Positions 1-6,334 of a DNA stretch of 34,336 nt are shown piece by piece. A program made the position numbers and the translations under genes. The notes under the pieces were generated by a model, which had not been told where the DNA came from, made no database searches, and saw only the letters and a list, made by a program, of their open reading frames with translations. The stretch's first letter is position 1. Every line of letters starts with the position of its first letter. Where the stretch lies: NCBI GenBank assembly GCA_035529535.1, contig DATKWP010000118.1, forward strand, positions 1 to 34,336, given 5' to 3'. The stretch comes from Anaerolineae bacterium (lineage in GTDB: Bacteria > Chloroflexota > Anaerolineae > B4-G1).

Positions 1-2
1 TG

Positions 3-182
3 CCGTGGCAGGATTTCGAGGCCCGCTACGGGAGCGACCTGGAAGAGTCGCCGTACTGGGAGTGGCACGCGCCGGAGACGACGATGGGCCGCCTGCGGGG
101 GCGGGGCTTGCTGGCCGAGACGACCGTGGATGGGGAGTTGCGGGTGGTGGTGCCGGTGGAATTGCGGGAGATCGGAGATTAG
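3..182 (+). CDS. 3' end of an unidentified upstream gene (5'-truncated by the window edge)
   Basis: Frame 3 is open from the window edge to TAG at 180-182 and has G/C-rich third positions: ...PYWEWHAPETTMGRLRGRGLLAETTVDGELRVVVPVELREIGD*. It has no start codon in the window, so it is absent from the ORF track. Track ORF 5..277 in another frame looks like a Gly/Arg-rich shadow. The product is not recognisable. Confidence 0.4.
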   Translation, partial: PWQDFEARYGSDLEESPYWEWHAPETTMGRLRGRGLLAETTVDGELRVVVPVELREIGD

Positions 183-206
183 AGATTGGAGGTTGGAGGT
201 TGGTTG
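168..206. repeat. Tandem heptamer repeat, family I (GAGATCG GAGATTA GAGATTG GAGGTTG GAGGTTG GTTG)
   Basis: Read directly from the sequence: 5.5 units of period 7. The block spans the stop codon (180-182) of the truncated upstream gene. Confidence 0.9.
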
Positions 207-354
207 CTCCCTCCGAGTCCTCCCAAACCTGGTCCCTAATCCCTCCTTTCTACTTCCGACTATATACCTTATGTTAACTTATACCCCTGGGCAACAGTAA
301 CTTGACATAACTGGTTGTCTCGGCGGACTTGTCTTTTCCGGCCCGTTCCCTCAC

Positions 355-382
355 TTGCCCGCCGCTTGCTTTGTGTTAGAAT
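355..382 (+). promoter_or_regulatory. Candidate sigma70-type promoter for the first ctp gene
   Basis: TTGCCC (355-360), 16-nt spacer, TAGAAT (377-382), preceded by TG at 374-375 (extended -10). It lies about 95 nt upstream of ATG 478 in an AT-richer spacer. Confidence 0.35.
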
Positions 383-477
383 ACGCCAAACGGATGAGGG
401 TTTGCGTTCAGAGATTGTCTACCGAGGCTTCAACTAACCGGGGCCACGCGCGACACACGAGTGATGCGATATTCATT

Positions 478-1653
478 ATGTCAAGTTCTACCCGGCGCAC
501 GATTTCGCTCGCGGCGGCCCTCGTGGCCTGTCTGTGCCTGGCCTACGTGGCCGGCTTCGGCGCTTTTCGGGTCTGGCACGCACTGCAACCCTCTGGGCAG
601 CCCGAGGTTCTGGGCGTCTTCTGGGAGGCCTGGGATCTGCTGGAGCGGCATTTCTACGGTGAACTCCCATCGCCGCAGGCGCGCACCTACGGAGCCATCC
701 ACGCAGCGCTGGCCCTGTTGAACGACCCATACACTGTCTTCGTCGAGCCCCAACCCCGCGAACTGGAGCGGGACCGGTTGCGCGGAACGTTCGGTGGCAT
801 CGGCGCCACGCTGTGGCGCAACGCCGAGGGCCGCGTGGTGCTCTTCCCCCTCCCTGATTCCCCCGCCGCGCGGGCGGGTGTCCAGGAAGGGGACCTCCTG
901 GCGGCGGTGGATGGCCTGGCCATCGCCGAGACGGCGACGATGGACGACGTCCGGGCGTGGCTCCAGGGCGAGGCCGGCACCCCCGTCACGCTCACCCTCT
1001 CTCGCCCCCCCACCCCGCCGTTAGACCTCGTCGTCACGCGGGAGGAGATCCAGGTGCCATCTGTCACCTGGCGGGTGCTGGACGTGGCCGCTGACGTGGG
1101 CTACGTGCGCGTCGAGTCCTTCACCGAAAGGACGGGCGACGAAGTGGTGGCCGCCCTGCAAGTGTTGCAGGGGGCCAACGTGTCCGGCCTGGTCCTGGAC
1201 CTGCGGGACAACTCCGGCGGGCTGGTGGACCCGGCGGTGTCCACCGCCAGCCAGTTCCTGCGCGAAGGGGTCGTGCTGGTCCAGTTGAGCCGGGATGGCC
1301 AGGAACGGTCCTTCCCGGTGCAGGCGGGAGGCGTTGCCACCGGCGTGCCGTTGGCCGTGCTGGTCAACGGCGGGACCGCCAGCGCTGCCGAGATCGTGGC
1401 CGGTGCCTTGCAGGATTATGGCCGCGCCCCGCTGGTCGGGGAACGTACCTTCGGCAAGGGGGCGGTACAGTTGATCTACGACCTCTCCGACGGCTCTTCG
1501 CTGCACGTCACCTCGGCGACCTGGCTGACGCCCAACCGGCGCCCGATCAACGGGCAGGGCCTGGCGCCCGACGTCGCCGTGCCGCGTGGCGAGGGGCCCC
1601 AGGACGTGCAACTGGAGCGGGCGGTGGAGTATTTGCGGGGGCATGGCGAATAG
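478..1653 (+). CDS. Carboxyl-terminal processing peptidase, S41 family, with PDZ domain (paralog 1)
   Basis: Track ORF 355..1653 (TTG start) trimmed to ATG 478. MSSSTRRTISLAAALVACLCLAYVAGF is an N-terminal membrane anchor. A PDZ-like segment (GGIGATLWRNAEGRVVLFPLPDSPAARAGVQEGDLLAAVDG) is followed by the S41 Ser/Lys dyad contexts LVNGGTASAAEIVAGALQD and GERTFGKGAVQ. Confidence 0.9.
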   Translation: MSSSTRRTISLAAALVACLCLAYVAGFGAFRVWHALQPSGQPEVLGVFWEAWDLLERHFYGELPSPQARTYGAIHAALALLNDPYTVFVEPQPRELERDRLRGTFGGIGATLWRNAEGRVVLFPLPDSPAARAGVQEGDLLAAVDGLAIAETATMDDVRAWLQGEAGTPVTLTLSRPPTPPLDLVVTREEIQVPSVTWRVLDVAADVGYVRVESFTERTGDEVVAALQVLQGANVSGLVLDLRDNSGGLVDPAVSTASQFLREGVVLVQLSRDGQERSFPVQAGGVATGVPLAVLVNGGTASAAEIVAGALQDYGRAPLVGERTFGKGAVQLIYDLSDGSSLHVTSATWLTPNRRPINGQGLAPDVAVPRGEGPQDVQLERAVEYLRGHGE

Positions 1654-1687
1654 AGATTGGAGATTGGAGATTGGAGATTGGAGATTG
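1653..1687. repeat. Five perfect tandem copies of GAGATTG (family I)
   Basis: The block starts on the last base of the ctp1 stop codon (TAG 1651-1653) and ends 3 nt before ATG 1691 of ctp2. Each unit junction reads GGAG. Confidence 0.95.
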
Positions 1688-1690
1688 GGG

Positions 1691-3031
1691 ATGAGTGGTA
1701 GCCTGCGTAGTGTAGTGAAGGTTGTGCTGGCGTGCACCGTGCTGCTGGCGCTCACGGTGATTGTTTTTGCGGCCGGCTTCGGCTCGGCCTACCTGCTGAC
1801 CGGCGGTGGCGTGCTGCCGGCGTGGCGGACGGCCGCAGCGCCCACGGCGCTGCCGGCGACGCCGGCGGCAGCCCCGACGGCGGCTCCACCGTCGCCGGCA
1901 GCGGGAGAGGCGGAGCAAGAGGCCACTCCCACGCCCACGCTGGTGCCGCTCCCCACTCCCGCGAATGAGGACGAAAAAGCCTTCGCCCTCTTCTGGGAGG
2001 TGTGGGACCTGGTGCAGCGCAATTTCTACGGCGCGCTGCCTGGTATGCAACAGGTCACCTATGCGGCCATCCACGGCATGCTGAGCACGCTGGGGGATGA
2101 TTATACGGCCTTCCTGGAGCCCGAGGTGGCAACCGTCATTCAAGAGGATGCGACCGGCGAATTCGAGGGCATCGGCGCGTTCGTGGACGTGGACGAAGAG
2201 GGCAAAATCGTGCTCGTGGGCATCTTTGAGGGAGGGCCGGCGGAGCAGGCGGGCTTGCTCAAGGGAGACCGCGTGCTGGAAGTGGACGGCGTCTCCGTCG
2301 TCGGGCGCACCCTCTACGAGGCGATCGGCCTGATTCGCGGCCCGGCTGGCAGCGCGGTGACGCTGCTGGTCGAGCGTGCGGAGACGGCGGCGCCGTTCGA
2401 GGTCACGGTGACCCGCGCCCGCCTCGAGATCGCCATCACCGAGTTCGAGATGCGGAGCGACGGCATCGGCTACATCCGGCTGTACGAATTCAGCGCTCCG
2501 GCCAGCGAGCGCATGCAGGCCGGGTTGCGGGAACTCCTCTCGCAGGAGCCGCGCGCCATCATCTTCGACCTGCGTGGGAATCCGGGGGGCTGGCTGGACC
2601 AGGCGGTGGAGGTGACTGACCTCTTTCTGGACGACGGCGTGATCCTCTACGAGCGTTGGAGCGACGGCAAAGAGCAGATGTTCGAGGCGCGCCCGGGGGA
2701 CGTCGCGGAAGAGATCCCGCTGGTGGTGCTGGTGGACGGCGGGAGCGCGAGCGCGTCGGAGATCGTGGCCGGCGCGTTGCAGGACCAGGAACGGGCCACG
2801 TTGATCGGGGAACACACGTTCGGCAAGGGCTCCGTGCAGCGCCCCTTCACGCTCAGCGACGGCTCCGAATTGCGGGTCACGGCGGCCTTGTGGTTCACGC
2901 CGGACGACCGGGCCATCCACGGCCAGGGGCTGCTGCCAGACGTCGAAGTGCTGTGGCCCGAGGAGGGGGTGGAGCCGGACGCCGACCCCCAACTGGAACG
3001 GGCCGTCGAGTACATCCTGACGGGTAAGTGA
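1691..3031 (+). CDS. Carboxyl-terminal processing peptidase, S41 family, with PDZ domain (paralog 2)
   Basis: Track ORF 1586..3031 trimmed to ATG 1691, with GGAG at 1680-1683 seven nt upstream. Order of parts: anchor MSGSLRSVVKVVLACTVLLALTVIVFAAGF, an Ala/Pro-rich linker, a PDZ domain (GIGAFVDVDEEGKIVLVGIFEGGPAEQAGLLKGDRVLEVDG), then LVDGGSASASEIVAGALQD and GEHTFGKGSVQ. Confidence 0.9.
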   Translation: MSGSLRSVVKVVLACTVLLALTVIVFAAGFGSAYLLTGGGVLPAWRTAAAPTALPATPAAAPTAAPPSPAAGEAEQEATPTPTLVPLPTPANEDEKAFALFWEVWDLVQRNFYGALPGMQQVTYAAIHGMLSTLGDDYTAFLEPEVATVIQEDATGEFEGIGAFVDVDEEGKIVLVGIFEGGPAEQAGLLKGDRVLEVDGVSVVGRTLYEAIGLIRGPAGSAVTLLVERAETAAPFEVTVTRARLEIAITEFEMRSDGIGYIRLYEFSAPASERMQAGLRELLSQEPRAIIFDLRGNPGGWLDQAVEVTDLFLDDGVILYERWSDGKEQMFEARPGDVAEEIPLVVLVDGGSASASEIVAGALQDQERATLIGEHTFGKGSVQRPFTLSDGSELRVTAALWFTPDDRAIHGQGLLPDVEVLWPEEGVEPDADPQLERAVEYILTGK

Positions 3032-3498
3032 TGAAGATGACAGGGATCAAGGTCATTGCCACCAACCGCAAGGCCGGCCGCGACTATAGCATCGAAGACC
3101 GCCACGAGGCGGGCCTGGCGCTGGTGGGGACGGAGATCAAATCCGTCCGCGCTGGCATGGTGAATCTGACCGACGGATACGTACAGGTGCGCGATAGGGA
3201 ATTGTGGCTGCTCAACGTCCACATCGCGCCGTACGATCCGGCGGGGAGGCACGGCCACGAGCCGCGCCGGCCGCGCAAACTCCTGCTGCACCGCCAGGAG
3301 ATTGCCCGGCTGACCTCGCGTGTCCAGGAGCGTGGGTACACCATCGTGCCGGTCCGGCTGTATCTGAAGGGAGGTCGGGCCAAGGTGGAGATTGCGCTGG
3401 CGCGCGGCAAACGCCAGTACGACAAGCGCGAGGCGATCGCCCGGCGGGACGCACAACGGGAGATTGACCGGGAGTGGAAGGACCGGGGCAGGCGGTGA
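3031..3498 (+). CDS. smpB: SsrA-binding protein SmpB
   Basis: MKMTGIKVIATNRKAGRDYSIEDRHEAGLALVGTEIKSVRAG...LLLHRQEIARL...LYLKGGRAKVEIALARGKRQYDKRE is a full-length SmpB. ATG 3031 overlaps the ctp2 stop codon (TGATG). GTG 3028 and ATG 3037 are alternative starts. Confidence 0.92.
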   Translation: MKMTGIKVIATNRKAGRDYSIEDRHEAGLALVGTEIKSVRAGMVNLTDGYVQVRDRELWLLNVHIAPYDPAGRHGHEPRRPRKLLLHRQEIARLTSRVQERGYTIVPVRLYLKGGRAKVEIALARGKRQYDKREAIARRDAQREIDREWKDRGRR

Positions 3499-4343
3499 TG
3501 CAAGCCTCGCCGGCGTGCCAGCCCACGCTCTCTGCGGAGAGCCGCCCCACCCCGTCGGCCCTGAACCTCTTCTCCATCGGGCAGATCAACAAACTGCCCC
3601 CCGAGCAAATGCAACAGGTATACCGCTGCCTGGTGCCCCTCGAAATCCTGCCACTGTTCCAGATTGATCCCCAGACGCTGGCCGATCACGAGGGCCGGCC
3701 GTTGTTCGAATGCCGGGCGGGGCGCTCGTCGGTCGAACTCTTCCTGAGGCACGCCTGGGATGCCCAGGACCCGGTGTTGTACGTGCAATTGGCGGATACG
3801 ACCTCAAATCAGATTGAGGTCGTGCTGTTCACCGTCAACGATCCGTACTCCGAGCGTTTCGATACCGATCGCATGCCCGATGGCACGCCCACGTATTTCG
3901 GCACGCTGGCGCGGAACGTCGAGGAGGAGGTGCGGGCCATGGAGGCCGGGCTGGCGCCCGGGCAGGTGCGCCGGGGCCTGGGAGCGACGCGCCGGCTGGT
4001 GCCGGTGCTGGAGCAGTTCGTCGCCGGCCTGCACCACGATGCGTTCTACATGCAACCCCTGGCTTACCACAACGCGATCCTGTTCGAGCGGCTGGGCTTT
4101 TCCTACGCGCTGGGGCTGGGCCGCATGGAGTGGATCCACCAGCAGTTTGTCCTGGGGGGGCTGCTGCACCAGCGGCTGGATGGGTCTACCCCATTCCGGC
4201 GCCCCGGGGCGGAACAGAGCGTGCGGGGCCGCTCGTGGGCGATCCACGATGGCATCCTGGGCGAGCCGTACCGCGGCGTGAAGATGTACAAGCGTGCGAG
4301 CATTCACGCAGGGGTGGTCACCTTCCCCAGCGCGGCGTGGTAA
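3498..4343 (+). CDS. Hypothetical protein with a GNAT-like acyl-CoA N-acyltransferase C-terminal half
   Basis: Track ORF 3474..4343 trimmed to ATG 3498, which overlaps the smpB stop codon by 1 nt (TGATG). VRRGLGATRRLVPVLEQFVAGLHHDAFYMQPLAYHNAILFERLGFSY matches GNAT motif A (R-x-x-G-x-G/A) and the N..A...Y/F.k.GF signature. The N-terminal ~150 aa are not recognisable. Confidence 0.55.
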   Translation: MQASPACQPTLSAESRPTPSALNLFSIGQINKLPPEQMQQVYRCLVPLEILPLFQIDPQTLADHEGRPLFECRAGRSSVELFLRHAWDAQDPVLYVQLADTTSNQIEVVLFTVNDPYSERFDTDRMPDGTPTYFGTLARNVEEEVRAMEAGLAPGQVRRGLGATRRLVPVLEQFVAGLHHDAFYMQPLAYHNAILFERLGFSYALGLGRMEWIHQQFVLGGLLHQRLDGSTPFRRPGAEQSVRGRSWAIHDGILGEPYRGVKMYKRASIHAGVVTFPSAAW

Positions 4344-4351
4344 GAGTAGGG

Positions 4352-4386
4352 CTCAGGTGCCAGTGATCAGGTGTCAGGTGGAGGGT
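4352..4386. repeat. Degenerate tandem heptamers, family IV (CTCAGGT GCCAGTG ATCAGGT GTCAGGT GGAGGGT)
   Basis: Period-7 reading directly after the stop codon of the 3498..4343 gene. Related to the units at 16634-16696. Confidence 0.7.
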
Positions 4387-4407
4387 GCAGCAGAGCGCGG
4401 CCGGTTC

Positions 4408-4488
4408 TTCGCATAGCCTATTATGTCGTCTGAGAACTGAAAGACTGGTTGATTTGAATTGGACTGACTGCCATAATGACTATGCGAA
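4408..4488. repeat. Copy A of a ~75-80-nt element with conserved inverted termini (TTCGCATAGCCTAT ... TAATGACTATGCGAA)
   Basis: The 9-bp terminal inverted repeat is TTCGCATAG (4408-4416) / CTATGCGAA (4480-4488). In this copy it is extended by ATTATG/CATAAT. The core is markedly AT-rich. The second copy is at 23559-23633. Confidence 0.7.
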
Positions 4489-4530
4489 GAGGTTGGGGGC
4501 GACAGGGAAAGACAAGGAGCAAGGAGAGAC

Positions 4531-5748
4531 ATGGGGCAACTGCCCAAATTGCGGCCCGTGGAAGCCCACCCGCTGCTCCACGAGGGCCGGCCTTCTATTC
4601 TGTTGCGTGACCCATTGCGGCTCTCCGCAGAGAGCATCGTCATCCCTCAGCAGTGGGCGCCGCTGCTGGCCCTGTGCGACGGCACGCGGGACGCCAGGGG
4701 ACTGAGCGCTTCCTTGGCCGTCCGCTTCGGAGTGCAGGTACCCCCCGACCTGCTGAGCCGGCTGCTGGCTGCGCTCGACCAGGCGTTGCTGCTGGACAAC
4801 GAGCGCTCCGCACAGGCGCAGGCCCAGGCCCTGACCGCGTACCGCCAGGCCCCCTGCCGCTCGCCCGCCATGGCCGGGCAGTCGTATCCGGCCGACGCAA
4901 GAGCGCTGCGTGCCCTGCTGGACGGCTACCTGGCCGCCGCGGGCGAGGCAGGTCCCGCCGCCACCGGCTGCGGCCTGGTCAGTCCCCACATTGACTACGC
5001 GCGCGGCGGCCCGCTCTACGCCCGGGTCTGGCAGCGGGCCGCCGGGGTGGCCCGGGCGTCCGATTTGGTCGTGTTGTTGGGTACGGACCACTACGGGGCA
5101 GACGGCCGGCTGACGTTGACGCGCCAACACTATAGCACGCCGCTGGGCGTGCTGCCGACGGCGCAGGAGGTCGTGGACGCGCTGGCCCAGGCGCTGGGTG
5201 AGGAGGAATCCTTCGCCGGCGAACTCCACCACCGCAGCGAACACTCCATCGAACTGTCGGCGGTCTGGCTACAGCACGTGCGCCAGGGCCAGCCGTGCCC
5301 GGTGGTGCCGATCCTGTGCGGCTCGTTCGATCACTTTGTGCGCGGCGAGGCGGAGCCGGGCCAGGACCCGGCCATGCGCGCGCTGGCGGACACGCTGCGG
5401 CGGACGACGGCCGGGCGGCAGGTGCTCGTGGTGGCCTCGGCCGATCTCTCCCACGTCGGGCCGGCCTTCGGCGGCGCGCCGCTGAACTTGGTGGGGCGCG
5501 CCCGCGTGAAAGCCGCCGACGAGGAACTGATCGCGCGCATCTGCGCGGGCGACGCGGAAGGGTTTTTTGCCGCCGTGCGGCGCGCTGGCGACCGGTACAG
5601 CGTGTGCGGTCTGCCCCCCATCTACGCAGCGTTGCGCATCCTGGGCCCCGTGCAAGGGGAGGCACTAGCCTACGACCGTTGCCCCGCCGACGAGAACGGC
5701 ACCTCCACCGTGTCCGTATGCGGCATAATCCTCAAACGTGAAACGTGA
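4531..5748 (+). CDS. MEMO1-family protein (AmmeMemoRadiSam system protein B-like) with an N-terminal PqqD-like extension
   Basis: AGGAGA SD lies 4-5 nt before ATG 4531. MEMO signatures are present: GLVSPHIDYARGG, LLGTDHYG, SEHSIELS, VASADLSHVGP, YSVCGLPPIY. The first ~100 aa (ILLRDPLRLSAESIVIPQQWAPLLALCDGTRDARGLSASLAVRFGVQVPPDLLSRLLAALDQALLLD) resemble PqqD/RRE-type domains. Confidence 0.8.
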   Translation: MGQLPKLRPVEAHPLLHEGRPSILLRDPLRLSAESIVIPQQWAPLLALCDGTRDARGLSASLAVRFGVQVPPDLLSRLLAALDQALLLDNERSAQAQAQALTAYRQAPCRSPAMAGQSYPADARALRALLDGYLAAAGEAGPAATGCGLVSPHIDYARGGPLYARVWQRAAGVARASDLVVLLGTDHYGADGRLTLTRQHYSTPLGVLPTAQEVVDALAQALGEEESFAGELHHRSEHSIELSAVWLQHVRQGQPCPVVPILCGSFDHFVRGEAEPGQDPAMRALADTLRRTTAGRQVLVVASADLSHVGPAFGGAPLNLVGRARVKAADEELIARICAGDAEGFFAAVRRAGDRYSVCGLPPIYAALRILGPVQGEALAYDRCPADENGTSTVSVCGIILKRET

Positions 5749-5796
5749 AACGTCACACGCCAAGCGTCAAACTTCCAGCCTCCAACCTCCAACCAA
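5734..5796. repeat. Nine tandem heptamers (AAACGTG x2, AAACGTC, ACACGCC, AAGCGTC, AAACTTC, CAGCCTC, CAACCTC, CAACCAA)
   Basis: Period-7 reading. The first units encode the last residues (KRET*) of the MEMO-like protein. The last units are the reverse complement of family I (TTGGAGG). Confidence 0.8.
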
Positions 5797-5839
5797 GCAA
5801 AAGGCCACCGGCGTGCGAGCGGGCAACCCACCGGTAGCC
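5797..5839 (-). terminator. Candidate intrinsic terminator downstream of acpP
   Basis: The minus-strand RNA would read GGCUACCGG-(19 nt)-CCGGUGGCC followed by UUUUGCUU. The arms are at 5831-5839 and 5803-5811. The stem is 9 bp including one G-U pair, and the U tract is only 4 nt. Confidence 0.45.
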
Positions 5840-5868
5840 CTGTGCCCTGGCTTCAGTCTGTGGAGAAC

Positions 5869-6114
5869 CTACGCGCCAGCCGCCATGTGTTGCTCGACGT
5901 AGTCCACGACCTGGCCGACCGTCGTGATCTTCTGGGCATCCTCGTCGGGGATCGTCTCGCTGAACTGTTCCTCGAACTCCATGATCAGTTCGACCAGATC
6001 GAGCGAATCCGCGCCCAGATCTTCCCGGAAGCGCGCCTCCGGCGTGACCTTGTCCGGGTCCACTCCCAGCAGGTCCACGATGATCTTCTTGACTTTGTCG
6101 AACGTATCCGCCAT
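5869..6114 (-). CDS. acpP: Acyl carrier protein
   Basis: Track ORF trimmed to ATG 6114, with an AAGGAGG SD upstream. [51 protein letters not shown] contains the DSLD phosphopantetheine attachment motif. Confidence 0.93.
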   Translation of the reverse strand: MADTFDKVKKIIVDLLGVDPDKVTPEARFREDLGADSLDLVELIMEFEEQFSETIPDEDAQKITTVGQVVDYVEQHMAAGA

Positions 6115-6153
6115 TTGCCTTACCTCCTTTGGTTTCCCGGCTGATGATGCCAT

Positions 6154-6181
6154 ATTGTACCCTCAGAATAGGGTTTGTCAA
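6154..6181 (-). promoter_or_regulatory. Candidate sigma70-type promoter for acpP
   Basis: Minus strand: TTGACA (6181-6176), 16-nt spacer, TACAAT (6159-6154). It lies about 40 nt upstream of the acpP ATG. Confidence 0.6.
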
Positions 6182-6190
6182 ACCCACCGT

Positions 6191-6219
6191 TTGACAAGCG
6201 CCGCTAGTCCCAGTATCAT
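6191..6219 (+). promoter_or_regulatory. Candidate sigma70-type promoter for fni and the polyprenyl synthase gene
   Basis: TTGACA (6191-6196), 17-nt spacer, TATCAT (6214-6219). It sits back to back with the acpP -35 element. The predicted 5'UTR contains the heptamer block 6281-6322. Confidence 0.55.
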
Positions 6220-6280
6220 GAACCTGTCATGAAGAACACTCACCCGCTCAGCAAGTTACGATCTCGCAGGTAAAGTCACG

Positions 6281-6322
6281 CATTCCGCATTCCGCATTCG
6301 GCATTCCGCATTCCGCATTACA
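6281..6322. repeat. Six tandem heptamers, family II (CATTCCG x2, CATTCGG, CATTCCG x2, CATTACA)
   Basis: Read directly from the sequence. The block ends 6-12 nt before the fni start codon and runs into the AGAGGGAG SD region. Confidence 0.95.
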
Positions 6323-6334
6323 GAGGGAGTGGCC

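Noticed and set aside
5-277. Track ORF 5..277 (90 aa) at the window start.
   Set aside because: The translation is Gly/Arg/Ala-rich. A different frame (3..182) gives a plausible protein C-terminus with coding-type third-position bias and ends at the start of a heptamer block, as other genes here do.
1547-2992. 481-aa ORF on the minus strand, exactly antisense to the second ctp gene.
   Set aside because: It is an Arg/Gly/Ala/Pro/His-rich, low-complexity translation with no recognisable motif. The plus-strand frame has clear S41/PDZ motifs. This is a typical high-GC shadow ORF. The same reasoning applies to 1021..1755(-), 2647..3456(-) and 3084..3788(-).
4408-4440. Xer/dif-like site (CGCATAG-CCTA-TTATG resembles the CGCATAA-N6-TTATG core of dif) or a hammerhead-like CUGA...GAAA core in element A.
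   Set aside because: The central spacer would be 4 nt, not 6. The outer XerD arm does not match, and copy B lacks the TTATG half. The CTGAGAA/GAAA strings do not fit the hammerhead core (CUGAUGA) or its helix arrangement.
3031-4530. tmRNA (ssrA) gene near smpB.
   Set aside because: There is no tRNA-Ala-like acceptor/T-arm sequence and no candidate tag reading frame in the flanking spacers. The only non-coding stretch (4344-4530) is occupied by the heptamers and element A.
4385-4705. Cys-rich 106-aa ORF (…TWGNCPNCGPWKPTRCST…FCCVTHCGS…) as a possible precursor peptide for the PqqD-MEMO protein.
   Set aside because: Most of it overlaps the MEMO gene out of frame, which is a common source of Cys/Arg-rich artefacts in GC-rich DNA. 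It has no SD, and its start lies in the heptamer block. I also looked at a 48-codon ATG ORF from 4476. It overlaps the MEMO start and has no supporting signals.
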